Shown: positions 38,158-48,064 of the stretch, piece by piece | How the letters are laid out: each line of letters begins with the position of its first letter | How positions within the stretch are numbered: the stretch's first letter is position 1 | NCBI GenBank assembly: GCA_964549265.1 | Contig: CAZJWE010000001.1 | Location: 230 to 64,229, forward strand | DNA length: 64,000 nucleotides | Source: an uncultured Bacteroidales bacterium | GTDB lineage: Bacteria; Bacteroidota; Bacteroidia; Bacteroidales; JBBRXJ01 | Direction: 5' to 3' | The notes under the pieces: generated by a model | The model's database searches: none | What the model was told of the DNA's origin: nothing | The model's input: the letters and a program-made list of their open reading frames with translations, nothing else | Made by a program: the position numbers and the translations under genes

Positions 38158-38784
38158 TCATAACACATTTGATAATAAATCTTTGATAGCTCCAAATGTA
38201 TTATTCATCACAAATTCCATCCGGTCTTTTGGTACCCATCTCACATCTGTTATATTTTCCTGTTCCTGGGGAATCAGTTTATCGTTCCCCGAATATACCA
38301 TATCAAACCAATGGGTTTCTTTTATTACCGGTTTCCCGTCCATGATGTACATATGGTAAGTCGTTGCCAATTTTTCAATTATTTGAGGCTTTTGAATGTT
38401 GCATTCTTCTTCCACCTCTCTTATTGCGGCATTTTCAATGCTTTCATTCAAATCAACTTTTCCTTTTGGGATGTCCCATTTCCCTTTACGTTTAATGATC
38501 AATAACTCATCTTCTTGGTTCTTAACTACACCACCGGCTGCATATATTATTTTGAATGAAGACTTTAGTTCGTTTAATAACAAATCTTTGTCATCATGCA
38601 AAACAATCATCCTTGAAATACCGGTAAGTGAATTTAAAAAATGATCTACCAATTCTTTCAACTGGCTATTGTTATTATTATAAGTATAAAAGAGAGTTTC
38701 TTGAAAACTTTTTAATGGTTGTGTTAATTTTTCAGCCAGCAAAATAATCCGATTATCAATAAAAACTTTATACATTTGCACCAT
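38158..38784 (-). CDS. NUDIX hydrolase with an N-terminal extension
   Basis: Nudix box GKVDLNESIENAAIREVEEECN. The true start may be Met4 at 38775, because 38784 overlaps the pyrE start. Confidence 0.8.
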   Translation of the reverse strand: MVQMYKVFIDNRIILLAEKLTQPLKSFQETLFYTYNNNNSQLKELVDHFLNSLTGISRMIVLHDDKDLLLNELKSSFKIIYAAGGVVKNQEDELLIIKRKGKWDIPKGKVDLNESIENAAIREVEEECNIQKPQIIEKLATTYHMYIMDGKPVIKETHWFDMVYSGNDKLIPQEQENITDVRWVPKDRMEFVMNNTFGAIKDLLSNVL

Positions 38785-39418
38785 GATGAATAAAAAAAAT
38801 AAGATTAGTCAAAATTTACTGCAAAGTAAAGCAATTAAGTTAAATCCTGCAAATCCATTCACCTGGGCTTCCGGATGGAAATCTCCTATTTACTGCGATA
38901 ACAGGATAACACTTTCATATCCTGATATCAGAAGAGAGATCAGAGATCAATTTACCCAACTGATACAAACTGAATTCAATAATGTTGAATTGATTGCAGG
39001 TGTTGCAACAGGTGCAATAGCACATGGAGTGCTTGTGGCAGAAGTTCTCAATCTTCCCTTTGTATATGTCAGAAGTACACCCAAAGGGCATGGAATGCAA
39101 AATCTTATTGAAGGTGAAGTGAAAGAAAACCAACGAACAGTCGTCATAGAAGACCTTGTCTCAACCGGGAATAGCAGCCTGAAAGCAGTAGATGCTCTTC
39201 GCCAGGCAAATTGCAATGTATTGGGGATGTGTGCAATCTTTAGTTATAATTTTGCCACAGCACAATCAAATTTTAATGAAAAAAAATGCCCCTTATTTAC
39301 ATTGACTGATTATAATACATTGATAAATTTAGCTGCAGATACCGGGTATATCAAAAATTCAGATATAGATATTTTAGCCAAATGGAGCCGTGCTCCTGAT
39401 AAATGGGATAATAAATAA
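38783..39418 (+). CDS. pyrE: orotate phosphoribosyltransferase
   Basis: 211 aa with the PRPP-binding loop VVIEDLVSTGNSS and typical PyrE length. Confidence 0.9.
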   Translation: MMNKKNKISQNLLQSKAIKLNPANPFTWASGWKSPIYCDNRITLSYPDIRREIRDQFTQLIQTEFNNVELIAGVATGAIAHGVLVAEVLNLPFVYVRSTPKGHGMQNLIEGEVKENQRTVVIEDLVSTGNSSLKAVDALRQANCNVLGMCAIFSYNFATAQSNFNEKKCPLFTLTDYNTLINLAADTGYIKNSDIDILAKWSRAPDKWDNK

Positions 39419-39430
39419 ACAACGTAATTC

Positions 39431-39844
39431 ATGAAAAAAATTGAAAGCAAAATTGGAACCATTCAACAACCTTCTGAAAAAATATTTAATTACCTTTCTG
39501 ATTTTAAGAATTTTGAACATTTAATTCCGCAAGATAAAATATCCAATTGGAAAGCCGGTGAAGATCAATGTGAATTCAATGTGCCGGGTGTGGGGGAAGC
39601 AACTATGAAAATTATTGAAAAAGAACCAAATAAACTGATTAAAATTTCAGGTGATGCAAATCAGGGCGCTTATCGTTTTTATTTATGGGCTCAAATAAAG
39701 GAAGTTGAAGAATCAGTCACAAAAATGAAACTTACGATTCAGGCTGATTTAAATCCAATGTTAGAAATGATGGCAAAAAAACCTTTAAAAAATTTTGTGG
39801 ATTTATTAATTGATCAAATGCAGGCTTTTTCATTTGAGAATTAA
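39431..39844 (+). CDS. SRPBCC (START/Bet v1-like) family protein
   Basis: 137 aa; the pattern SEKIFNYLSDFKNFEHLIP is typical of SRPBCC proteins. It lies 12 bp after pyrE. Confidence 0.55.
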   Translation: MKKIESKIGTIQQPSEKIFNYLSDFKNFEHLIPQDKISNWKAGEDQCEFNVPGVGEATMKIIEKEPNKLIKISGDANQGAYRFYLWAQIKEVEESVTKMKLTIQADLNPMLEMMAKKPLKNFVDLLIDQMQAFSFEN

Positions 39845-39965
39845 ACAATCTGAAAATCAATGAAACATTCTTATTTTAATGAATATTTTGTTGAATATAC
39901 AATCTAAAAAATAAAAAAAATTATATCTTTACCTTTAAAGCTTCGGGATCCCACTATTTGTAATT

Positions 39966-41555
39966 ATGGATGAGATATTACTACTTGCTGTAGCATTTTC
40001 AGAAACCACGTTTGAAGAGATAAAACGTATCTTACAAACTGAAAAACATCATTTTCAATTAATGAATGTTACTGGTTTAGGAACTTTTAATGAGGCTATT
40101 TTCAATCATTCCCCCGATATTATATTATTAAATTCCACCAACCCTACAGTAAAACCACGGGAAGTGATCAATCAAGTAAAAGAAAAAGAAGAATACAAGG
40201 AAATTCCTATCATCCTGGCCATTGACCATAACCATGAAGATTTATTCGACGAACTTCCAAACCACGGGATCAGTGATATTATTTACCTGCCATTCAGACA
40301 TAAAGAATTACCAAACCGGATCAATATATTGTTTGATAAAAAATACATGATCAACCAAATAAAAGAGGAAAATAAAAAATTAACGCAATTATCGTACGTT
40401 GCATCAAAAACATCCAATTCAATTGCTATTATTACTCCCGAAGGAAAAATTGAATGGGTTAATAATGGATTTATAGAAATGTATGAGTATTCTTTTCAGG
40501 AGTTTAAGGAAAAATTTGAAAACAAACTGTACAATCCTAAGTTGAATACTAATTTTAGAAAGGCGCTGAATAAAAGTATATACGATAAAAACAAAGTAGT
40601 ATATGAAAACCACTGGTTTACAAAGTCAGGGAAAGAAAAATGGGTGCAAACGACATTAACACCTATTTTTGACAGCACTACAAAGGAAGTTTCAAAAATC
40701 ATTGCCATAGAAACTGATATTACAAAACTAAAGAAGACCGAAGAACGCCTTGAAGAAAAAAACAATAACCTGTTGAAAATTACAAAACGCATTGAAACAA
40801 CAAATGAAATTCTTGAAAACCAGCGAATTGAACTAGAAAATGAAAAACAACGCTCTGAAGAACTTTTGTTAAATATTCTTCCTTATGCAACTGCACAACA
40901 ATTAAAACGAAAAGGATATTCTAAACTTCGCAGTTACAAACGGGTGACCGTGATGTTTGCCGATTTTCAAAGTTTTACCAAACTCTCCGAAAAACTCAGT
41001 GACCAGGAATTGATTCGTGAGCTGAGTTACTTTTTTGAACAATTTGATGAGTTGATTACACAACACCACATTGAAAAAATTAAAACAATGGGCGATTGCT
41101 ATATGTGTGCAGGCGGACTGCCTTTAAGCAATAAAAGTAATCCTATAGATGTTACGTTGGCATCACTGAAAATTCAAGATTTTGTTAAAAATAGAGAAAA
41201 TGAAATGACAAAAGAATCAAATGTAAGATGGCACTTACGCATCGGGCTTCACACAGGTGAATTAATAGCCGGAGTAATCGGAAAGAAAAAATTTGCCTAC
41301 GACATTTGGGGAGACACGGTAAATACAGCCAGCCGCATGGAGTCTGCCAGTGAAACAGGAAAAGTCAATATTTCAGGTGACAGCTATCAATATTTAAAAG
41401 ACTTTTTTGATTGTACCTACAGAGGCAAAATGGCCGTTAAATACAAAGGGCAGTTAGATATGTATTATGTCAACCGACTGAAACCTGAATATTCTAAAGA
41501 CGACAAAGGAATTTATCCAAACAAGGAATTCATGAAAATTCTTTCATCATATTAA
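39966..41555 (+). CDS. degenerate receiver domain - PAS - coiled coil - class III adenylate/guanylate cyclase
   Basis: The cyclase core is intact (VMFADFQSFT, IKTMGDCYMCAGG, WGDTVNTASRMES). The N-terminal 120 aa have receiver topology, but key residues are replaced (see findings). Confidence 0.8.
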   Translation: MDEILLLAVAFSETTFEEIKRILQTEKHHFQLMNVTGLGTFNEAIFNHSPDIILLNSTNPTVKPREVINQVKEKEEYKEIPIILAIDHNHEDLFDELPNHGISDIIYLPFRHKELPNRINILFDKKYMINQIKEENKKLTQLSYVASKTSNSIAIITPEGKIEWVNNGFIEMYEYSFQEFKEKFENKLYNPKLNTNFRKALNKSIYDKNKVVYENHWFTKSGKEKWVQTTLTPIFDSTTKEVSKIIAIETDITKLKKTEERLEEKNNNLLKITKRIETTNEILENQRIELENEKQRSEELLLNILPYATAQQLKRKGYSKLRSYKRVTVMFADFQSFTKLSEKLSDQELIRELSYFFEQFDELITQHHIEKIKTMGDCYMCAGGLPLSNKSNPIDVTLASLKIQDFVKNRENEMTKESNVRWHLRIGLHTGELIAGVIGKKKFAYDIWGDTVNTASRMESASETGKVNISGDSYQYLKDFFDCTYRGKMAVKYKGQLDMYYVNRLKPEYSKDDKGIYPNKEFMKILSSY

Positions 41556-41567
41556 AGATTTATAATT

Positions 41568-42695
41568 ATGAATAGCACTTTAAAAAACAATATGAAAAAA
41601 CATTATGGTTGGATAACCATTGCATTAATTATATTTCTGTTCGATTCATGCGGAGTAACAAGGAAACGAAAATTCTATCCATCGCATAGCAGGGAAGAGT
41701 ATATCAGAAAATATCAGGATATGGCAATAAAAGAAATGAATAGGAGCAGGGTGCCTGCCAGTATCACAATGGCACAGGCACTGCTTGAATCTGATAATGG
41801 AAACAGCACATTGGCACGAGAAGCCAATAATCATTTCGGGATTAAATGCCATGGGTGGAATGGCAAATCAGTCAGACATGATGATGATAAAAAAAGAGAA
41901 TGTTTTAGAAAATATGATGATGTGTATGAATCCTATAAAGACCACTCCGATTTTTTGATGAGCGGCAAAAGATATGATTTTCTGTTTGAATTAAAACCGA
42001 CAGATTATAAAGGATGGGCTAAAGGACTTAAAAAAGCAGGCTATGCTACCAAACGGGATTATGCAGAGCTGTTGATCAGGATCATTGAAGATTATGATTT
42101 GCATGAACTCGATAAGGAAAAGAAATTGACAACATTTTCTGACACAAAAGAAGAAGAGAAAGAAATTGGTGAAATATCCATAAACGAAGAAACAGAAATA
42201 AAGAAAGAAGAGAAAGATCAAACAGAAGTGGTAAAAGAAAACGAAGAACAACAACAAGCAGTAGAAAAAAAAGAACAAAAAGAAGAAGTGAAATCTCTTA
42301 TGATGCCGCCTGATAAAGGAGACCCCATAGATACAAAATCAGGAAGAAATATTTATATCAACAACCGCATCAAGTTTGTCATTGTGAAAGAAGGAGACAA
42401 TTTTATGAAAATTGCAGAAGATATGGAAATGATGCATTGGGAACTATACAAATACAATGAACTCGACAGGGATGCCATGTTAGAAGAAGGCCAGATTCTT
42501 TATCTACAACCCAAACGGAAAAAAGCCGAAATGGGCTATAATTTTCATGAAGTCAAAAAAGAAGAAACCATGTACACCATTTCTCAAAAATATGGCATAA
42601 AAATTGATGAGTTATATGAGAAAAACAAGATGAAAAAAGATGATGAACTGCTTTCAAAACAAAAGATATACCTTCGCTGGGACAAAGAAGAATAG
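41568..42695 (+). CDS. peptidoglycan hydrolase: glucosaminidase domain plus two LysM domains
   Basis: PASITMAQALLESDNGNSTLAREANNHFGIK (mannosyl-glycoprotein endo-beta-N-acetylglucosaminidase family), an E/K-rich linker and C-terminal LysM-like repeats (YTISQKYGIKIDELYEKN). Confidence 0.8.
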   Translation: MNSTLKNNMKKHYGWITIALIIFLFDSCGVTRKRKFYPSHSREEYIRKYQDMAIKEMNRSRVPASITMAQALLESDNGNSTLAREANNHFGIKCHGWNGKSVRHDDDKKRECFRKYDDVYESYKDHSDFLMSGKRYDFLFELKPTDYKGWAKGLKKAGYATKRDYAELLIRIIEDYDLHELDKEKKLTTFSDTKEEEKEIGEISINEETEIKKEEKDQTEVVKENEEQQQAVEKKEQKEEVKSLMMPPDKGDPIDTKSGRNIYINNRIKFVIVKEGDNFMKIAEDMEMMHWELYKYNELDRDAMLEEGQILYLQPKRKKAEMGYNFHEVKKEETMYTISQKYGIKIDELYEKNKMKKDDELLSKQKIYLRWDKEE

Positions 42696-42839
42696 TTCAC
42701 CTGATGTAATCAATCCCAAAAGATAAATGAGATCCGGGACATACAAAAATGAATTGAAAACCTGGTTTTGGCTCTTTTAATTGTTTTGTGCATTCGCTCA
42801 TCAAAATAAACATATAAATAAACCTAAATCTATTGCATT

Positions 42840-45659
42840 ATGTATACCCTTATACTTTTAATTCTTTTAGGAATCGGCGTGTGGTTCATCATTTCGGGAA
42901 TCAAAAAACAACGGAAAGGTTTTGTTTGGTTTGGGTCCGTATTTTTCGGCCTTACCATCCTCTTTTTTGGTTTTATGACCTTTTGGGGCGATATGCTATG
43001 GTTCAAAGAAATTGGATATCAACAACGTTTCTGGAAAGAAATGTATATCAAAGCACTCTACATTATTATCGGGGGTGTAGCCGGCGGATTGATTACTTAT
43101 GTCTTCACATACAGCATACCAAAGCATCAACTTCCCATCCGCATTATTGGAATATTGGTTGCAGCCATATATGGGATTTCATGGGGGTATTCAAATTGGG
43201 ACATCATTTTAAAATATGCCAATCAGGTATCCACTGGCATACAGGAACCAATATTAAACAAAGATGCCTCTTTTTATCTCTTTACCCTTCCATTGCTCGA
43301 AAGAATACATGAATTTTTGATGTTCATATTCATTGTAATCATGGCTGCGGTGGTTATTGCAGCCCAAAACAGTGCAACCGGAAAAACCGGTACACAAACA
43401 GACCATTATCAAAGCAATAAATCACTTATAGTTAGCGGGTTCATTTTTATGCTCATCCTCGCATTTGGAAAATACCTGGCACGCTTCGACCTGTTATATT
43501 CCGACTGGGGTGTTGTGAATGGCCCCGGACGCACCGACGACATTATCCGACTTCCTGCATACATTGTCAGTATTGTGATCACTGTAATCCTAGCAATCGG
43601 ATTCATCATCCCTTCCACGCGGAAAAAAATGATTTCCATCGTCAGAAGATTCAACATTCAAACAAAAGACATCATTCCTTATACATTAGCTGGAGTGTTG
43701 GGAGTCATTTTTTTGCTATGGCTGGTTATTTTAAGTATTATCCCAAGCCTTTACCAGGGATTGAGGGTAGAACCCAATGAAATATCCATGGAAGCCCCTT
43801 ATATTGAAAACAACATTAAACTCACCCGTTACGGATTCCAATTAAATGATATTGAAGAAAAAGAATACCCGGTAAAAAATGTATTCAATCAAAGCATCAT
43901 TGATCAAAATAAAACAGTGTTCAATAACATCAGGTTGTGGGACTGGAGGGCGTTAAAAGAAGTGTACAATCAATTCCAGGAGATACGCCTGTATTATGAA
44001 TTTGAAGATGTGGATATTGACCGTTACACCATCAATGGAAAAACACAACAAGTCATGGTATCGGCTAGGGAAATGGACATTACAAACCTGCCTTCAAAAA
44101 GTAAAACGTATATAAACAAACGGTTTAAATATACCCATGGATTTGGTATTACACTAACCCAGGTGAATGAATTCACTGCCAACGGCGCACCCAACCTGCT
44201 TATCAAAGACATCCCGCCCAAAAGTAAATTTCCTGAATTAAAGGTCACCCGCCCCGAAATATATTATGGTGAACTAACAAACACACCGGTGATTGTGAAT
44301 TCGGAGGAAAAAGAATTTGACTACCCCAGTGGAGAAAAAAATGTTTATACCAGGTATAAAGGTACCGGTGGTGTACAGATCAAGAATTTTTGGAGGAAAT
44401 TTCTTTTTGGATGGAAATACGACGGCACAAAATTCTTATTATCCGGTTACCCTACCTCTGAAAGCAGGATCATGTTTAATCGGCAGATTAAACAACGGGT
44501 TAAAAAACTCGCACCATTTTTAACATTTGATAAAGACCCATATATCGTGTTAACAAACGGAAAATTGCACTGGATTATTGATGCATACACCGTGTCAAAC
44601 AAATTTCCCTACAGCGAACCATTTGTCTCGAGCGAAAATATAGAATACAAAGAAGGCGCTTCACAGCGAGGTGTGTTGAGTGATGTAGCTCCACATTTAA
44701 ACGGGGTGAATTATCTCCGGAATTCGGTTAAAATAACTGTAGATGCCTACAATGGCAAAGCAAACTTTTATGTCTATGAAAAAGATGATCCCATCATAAA
44801 GGTATGGAATAATATTTTCCCCGGCTTTTTTAAAGACAAAGAAGAAATGCCTGAGGGATTAAGGGCACATATTCGCTATCCTGTTGACAAATTACTCGTA
44901 CAAGGCCAGGTATATGCAAAATATCACATGACAGACCCGGAGGTGTTTTACAATCAGGAAGATTTGTGGGTAAGGGCAACAGAAAAGTATTATAACCAGA
45001 TACAGCCGGTGAATCCTTATTATATTATATGGGAACGGCCTGAAGCAGACAAGTCTATTTTTACCCTTATGCAGCCCTATACACCCAAAAACCGGCAGGT
45101 TATGATTGGCTGGATTGCGGGCCTGGGGGATCCTGAAAATTACGGTAAATTTGTCGCTTATAAATTCCCCAAAGAAAAACGAATCCTCGGTCCGCAACAG
45201 GTGGAAACCAAGATAGACCAGGATCCGCATTTGTCAGGACAGTTAACCCTGTGGAACCAGCGAGGTTCCAATGTGATCAGAGGGAATGTGTTGGCGATTC
45301 CGGTTGGAAAAACCATCATATATGTAGAACCTATCTATCTCCAATCCGAAACAGCTGCATATCCCGAATTGCGATTGGTTGCAATCATGCACGGCGACAA
45401 GCTAAGCTATGCTCCTACATTTGATAAAGCACTGAATTCTCTGTTGGAAAGAACATCCAAAGATAAAATCCTTTCGCCCATAGAGAAACAGGAACAACAG
45501 GAAAAACCTGAAAAAAATGTGGACAATATCATTAAAGATGCCAACAATGCATTCAATGATTATATTAAATACATGGGCAACCAGGAATTCAATAAAGCCT
45601 CCAATGCATTGAATAACCTGAAACAATCCTTGCAACAGCTCGAAGAGGAGTATGAATAA
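42840..45659 (+). CDS. UPF0182-family large membrane protein
   Basis: 939 aa: ~7 N-terminal TM helices and then a large soluble part with IRLWDWRALKEVYNQFQEIRLYYEFEDVDIDRY, matching my recollection of the UPF0182 signature. Confidence 0.65.
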   Translation: MYTLILLILLGIGVWFIISGIKKQRKGFVWFGSVFFGLTILFFGFMTFWGDMLWFKEIGYQQRFWKEMYIKALYIIIGGVAGGLITYVFTYSIPKHQLPIRIIGILVAAIYGISWGYSNWDIILKYANQVSTGIQEPILNKDASFYLFTLPLLERIHEFLMFIFIVIMAAVVIAAQNSATGKTGTQTDHYQSNKSLIVSGFIFMLILAFGKYLARFDLLYSDWGVVNGPGRTDDIIRLPAYIVSIVITVILAIGFIIPSTRKKMISIVRRFNIQTKDIIPYTLAGVLGVIFLLWLVILSIIPSLYQGLRVEPNEISMEAPYIENNIKLTRYGFQLNDIEEKEYPVKNVFNQSIIDQNKTVFNNIRLWDWRALKEVYNQFQEIRLYYEFEDVDIDRYTINGKTQQVMVSAREMDITNLPSKSKTYINKRFKYTHGFGITLTQVNEFTANGAPNLLIKDIPPKSKFPELKVTRPEIYYGELTNTPVIVNSEEKEFDYPSGEKNVYTRYKGTGGVQIKNFWRKFLFGWKYDGTKFLLSGYPTSESRIMFNRQIKQRVKKLAPFLTFDKDPYIVLTNGKLHWIIDAYTVSNKFPYSEPFVSSENIEYKEGASQRGVLSDVAPHLNGVNYLRNSVKITVDAYNGKANFYVYEKDDPIIKVWNNIFPGFFKDKEEMPEGLRAHIRYPVDKLLVQGQVYAKYHMTDPEVFYNQEDLWVRATEKYYNQIQPVNPYYIIWERPEADKSIFTLMQPYTPKNRQVMIGWIAGLGDPENYGKFVAYKFPKEKRILGPQQVETKIDQDPHLSGQLTLWNQRGSNVIRGNVLAIPVGKTIIYVEPIYLQSETAAYPELRLVAIMHGDKLSYAPTFDKALNSLLERTSKDKILSPIEKQEQQEKPEKNVDNIIKDANNAFNDYIKYMGNQEFNKASNALNNLKQSLQQLEEEYE

Positions 45660-45803
45660 TTTTTTTGCACTCGTGCCTTTGTGGCATTATTGTAGGTACT
45701 ACCCTTATTTTAGTGGTTAAATATTTTTCGCAATTCATATCGTTAAATCACACGAAATCGCTAATTTAGCGTTCAAAAATATTAAACATAAAAATATTAT
45801 TCC

Positions 45804-47066
45804 ATGAAAACCAAAGCAGTAAGATTGTACGGGAAAAATGATTTACGACTTGAAGAATTCGAGCTACCGGACATCAAAGATAATGAAATACTTGCACGAG
45901 TTGTATCCGACAGCCTGTGCATGTCATCATACAAAGCTGCATCACAGGGAGCCGAACACAAAAGAGTCCCCAACAATGTTGCAGAACATCCCACCATCAT
46001 TGGCCATGAATTTTGCGGTGAGATTATTGAGGTCGGATCAAAATGGCAGCAACAATTCAAAAAAGGGCAAAAATTTTCCATCCAGCCTGCCCTCAATTAC
46101 AAAGGCACACTCGATGCACCAGGCTATTCATTTCAATATATAGGCGGAGATGCCACGTATGTCATTATCCCGAATGAAGTGATGGAGATGGATTGCCTCC
46201 TTAATTACGACGGCGAAGGGTATTTTATGGCTTCATTGTCTGAACCCATGTCATGTATTATTGGTGCTCTGCATGCAAATTATCACACACAGGCCGGGTC
46301 TTATGAACATAATATGGACATCAAAGAAGGAGGCAACATGGCTGTCTTAGCCGGTGTAGGCCCCATGGGACTTGGTGTCATAGATTACGCCATACACAGG
46401 GTTCGTAAACCCTCGAAAATCGTGGTAACAGACATTGACAACAACCGCCTGGCCCGTGCCGAAAGCCTTTACACAAAAGAAGAAGCTGCCAAACATGGCA
46501 TTGAACTGATATATGTAAACACCAAAGAACAAAGCAATCCTGTTGAATACCTTTTATCATTGAATGATGGCAAAGGCTATGACGATGTATTTGTATTTGC
46601 TCCGGTACGCCAGGTCATTGAACAAGGCGATGCCATACTTGGTCGCGATGGATGTTTAAACTTCTTTGCCGGCCCTTCTGATGCACAGTTTAAAGCTGAA
46701 TTCAACTTTTATAATGTTCACTATGCTTCCACACACATTGTGGGCACCTCCGGAGGCAATACCGACGATATGAAAGAAGCACTGGAGCTTATGGCCAAAG
46801 GATTGATTAACCCGGCAGCCATGATCACACATATTGGGGGGATGGATTGTGTTATAGACACCACTATGAACCTGCCAAAAATTCCGGGTGGCAAAAAGCT
46901 CATTTACACCAACATCAAACTGGAACTCACTGCCATTGAAGATTTCAAAGAAAAAGGTAAAACAAATCCTTTATTCAATGAATTGGATAAAATCGTAGAA
47001 CGCCACAACGGATTATGGTCTGTTGAAGCAGAAAAGCACCTTTTGGAACATGCAGAAGAAATATAG
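45804..47066 (+). CDS. zinc-dependent medium-chain dehydrogenase/reductase (sorbose-1-phosphate reductase-like)
   Basis: Cys and GHEFCGEI zinc ligands and a GVGPMGLG Rossmann motif. Confidence 0.7.
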   Translation: MKTKAVRLYGKNDLRLEEFELPDIKDNEILARVVSDSLCMSSYKAASQGAEHKRVPNNVAEHPTIIGHEFCGEIIEVGSKWQQQFKKGQKFSIQPALNYKGTLDAPGYSFQYIGGDATYVIIPNEVMEMDCLLNYDGEGYFMASLSEPMSCIIGALHANYHTQAGSYEHNMDIKEGGNMAVLAGVGPMGLGVIDYAIHRVRKPSKIVVTDIDNNRLARAESLYTKEEAAKHGIELIYVNTKEQSNPVEYLLSLNDGKGYDDVFVFAPVRQVIEQGDAILGRDGCLNFFAGPSDAQFKAEFNFYNVHYASTHIVGTSGGNTDDMKEALELMAKGLINPAAMITHIGGMDCVIDTTMNLPKIPGGKKLIYTNIKLELTAIEDFKEKGKTNPLFNELDKIVERHNGLWSVEAEKHLLEHAEEI

Positions 47067-47120
47067 CAGGTAGTAGCTGTAGGCAGAGGGTAGAAGACAG
47101 CAAGAAACTCTTTTCTATCC

Positions 47121-47145
47121 TTCTAACTTCTAACTTCTAACTTCT
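47121..47145. repeat. heptamer microsatellite (TTCTAAC)x3 + TTCT
   Basis: TTCTAACTTCTAACTTCTAACTTCT inside a 41-nt G-free tract (47105-47145), 26-50 nt upstream of the SDR ATG. Confidence 0.9.
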
Positions 47146-47170
47146 GCGGCAAAAAAAATCAACGTAACAC

Positions 47171-47887
47171 ATGGAACAAAACATAGCTTTAATCACAGGT
47201 GGTAGTCGTGGCATTGGCAAAGCCATAGCTTTACAGTTGGCCAAACAAAACATCAATGTTGCCATTTGCGGAAGAAACAAAGAAAAACTGGAAAAAGCAG
47301 CACAAGAAATTGCAGCAACAGGTGTTCGGACGCTCATTATTCAGGCTGATCTAAAAGATGAACAATCATACAAAACCATTGTAGACAAGGCCATCCAAGA
47401 ATTTGGAAAGCTCAATTATGTCATCAACAATGCCGGATACGCCACCTCACAACTCGTAGAAGAAACACCATCGGCTATCTGGGAAGATACAATGGCCATC
47501 AATGCAAAAGCTCCCTTTTTTATTTGCAAACATGCAATTCCTTACTTAAAAAAAGAAACAGAAGCAGCCATTGTTAATATTTCTTCTGTTGTTGGGCATA
47601 AAGGATATGAAGGACAAGCAGCGTATACGGCTTCAAAACATGCGTTGAACGGATTTACCAAAGCATTGTCAAAAGAAGTCAAAGAATATGGAATACGTGT
47701 ACATTTGGTTGAACCAGGAGGCGTGAATACAGACATGGTAAAAGAAATGCGGCCCGACTTGGATACTTCCATTCTTATGAATCCGGATGAAATTGCCGGG
47801 ATTGTCTCATTCCTGATCAATATGCGAGGGAATGCAAGAATAGACAGTATTCAGGTAAGGCGGAGTTCATCTACACCGTATCAGTAG
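47171..47887 (+). CDS. short-chain dehydrogenase/reductase (SDR) family oxidoreductase
   Basis: TGGSRGIG cofactor motif and the catalytic YTASKHAL motif. Confidence 0.85.
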   Translation: MEQNIALITGGSRGIGKAIALQLAKQNINVAICGRNKEKLEKAAQEIAATGVRTLIIQADLKDEQSYKTIVDKAIQEFGKLNYVINNAGYATSQLVEETPSAIWEDTMAINAKAPFFICKHAIPYLKKETEAAIVNISSVVGHKGYEGQAAYTASKHALNGFTKALSKEVKEYGIRVHLVEPGGVNTDMVKEMRPDLDTSILMNPDEIAGIVSFLINMRGNARIDSIQVRRSSSTPYQ

Positions 47888-48064
47888 CATTATTTTGTTT
47901 AAATGGGTATAAGGAATATAAATAGAATAGGGAATTTTATCCCTCATACATCCGGAACCCCTGAAGCCTCCTTAATTTTGAAAAATTAAATTCCGTTTTT
48001 ATCATTTTATATTTACTTTTACAGGGTAAATATTCCTAATACAATATGAATTCAACTTCCCTTT

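Noticed and set aside
42100-42300. An apparent DNA repeat (GAAGAA/AAAGAA runs) inside the glucosaminidase-LysM gene.
   Set aside because: It reflects an E/K-rich low-complexity linker (EEEKEIGE...KKEEKDQTEVVKENEEQQQAVEKKEQKEEVK) encoded in frame, not an independent repeat element.
42833-43312. A 159-aa ORF overlapping the start of the UPF0182 gene in another frame.
   Set aside because: It is fully nested in a 939-aa ORF with coherent membrane-protein sequence. The short ORF has odd composition (W/H/R-rich) typical of an off-frame translation.
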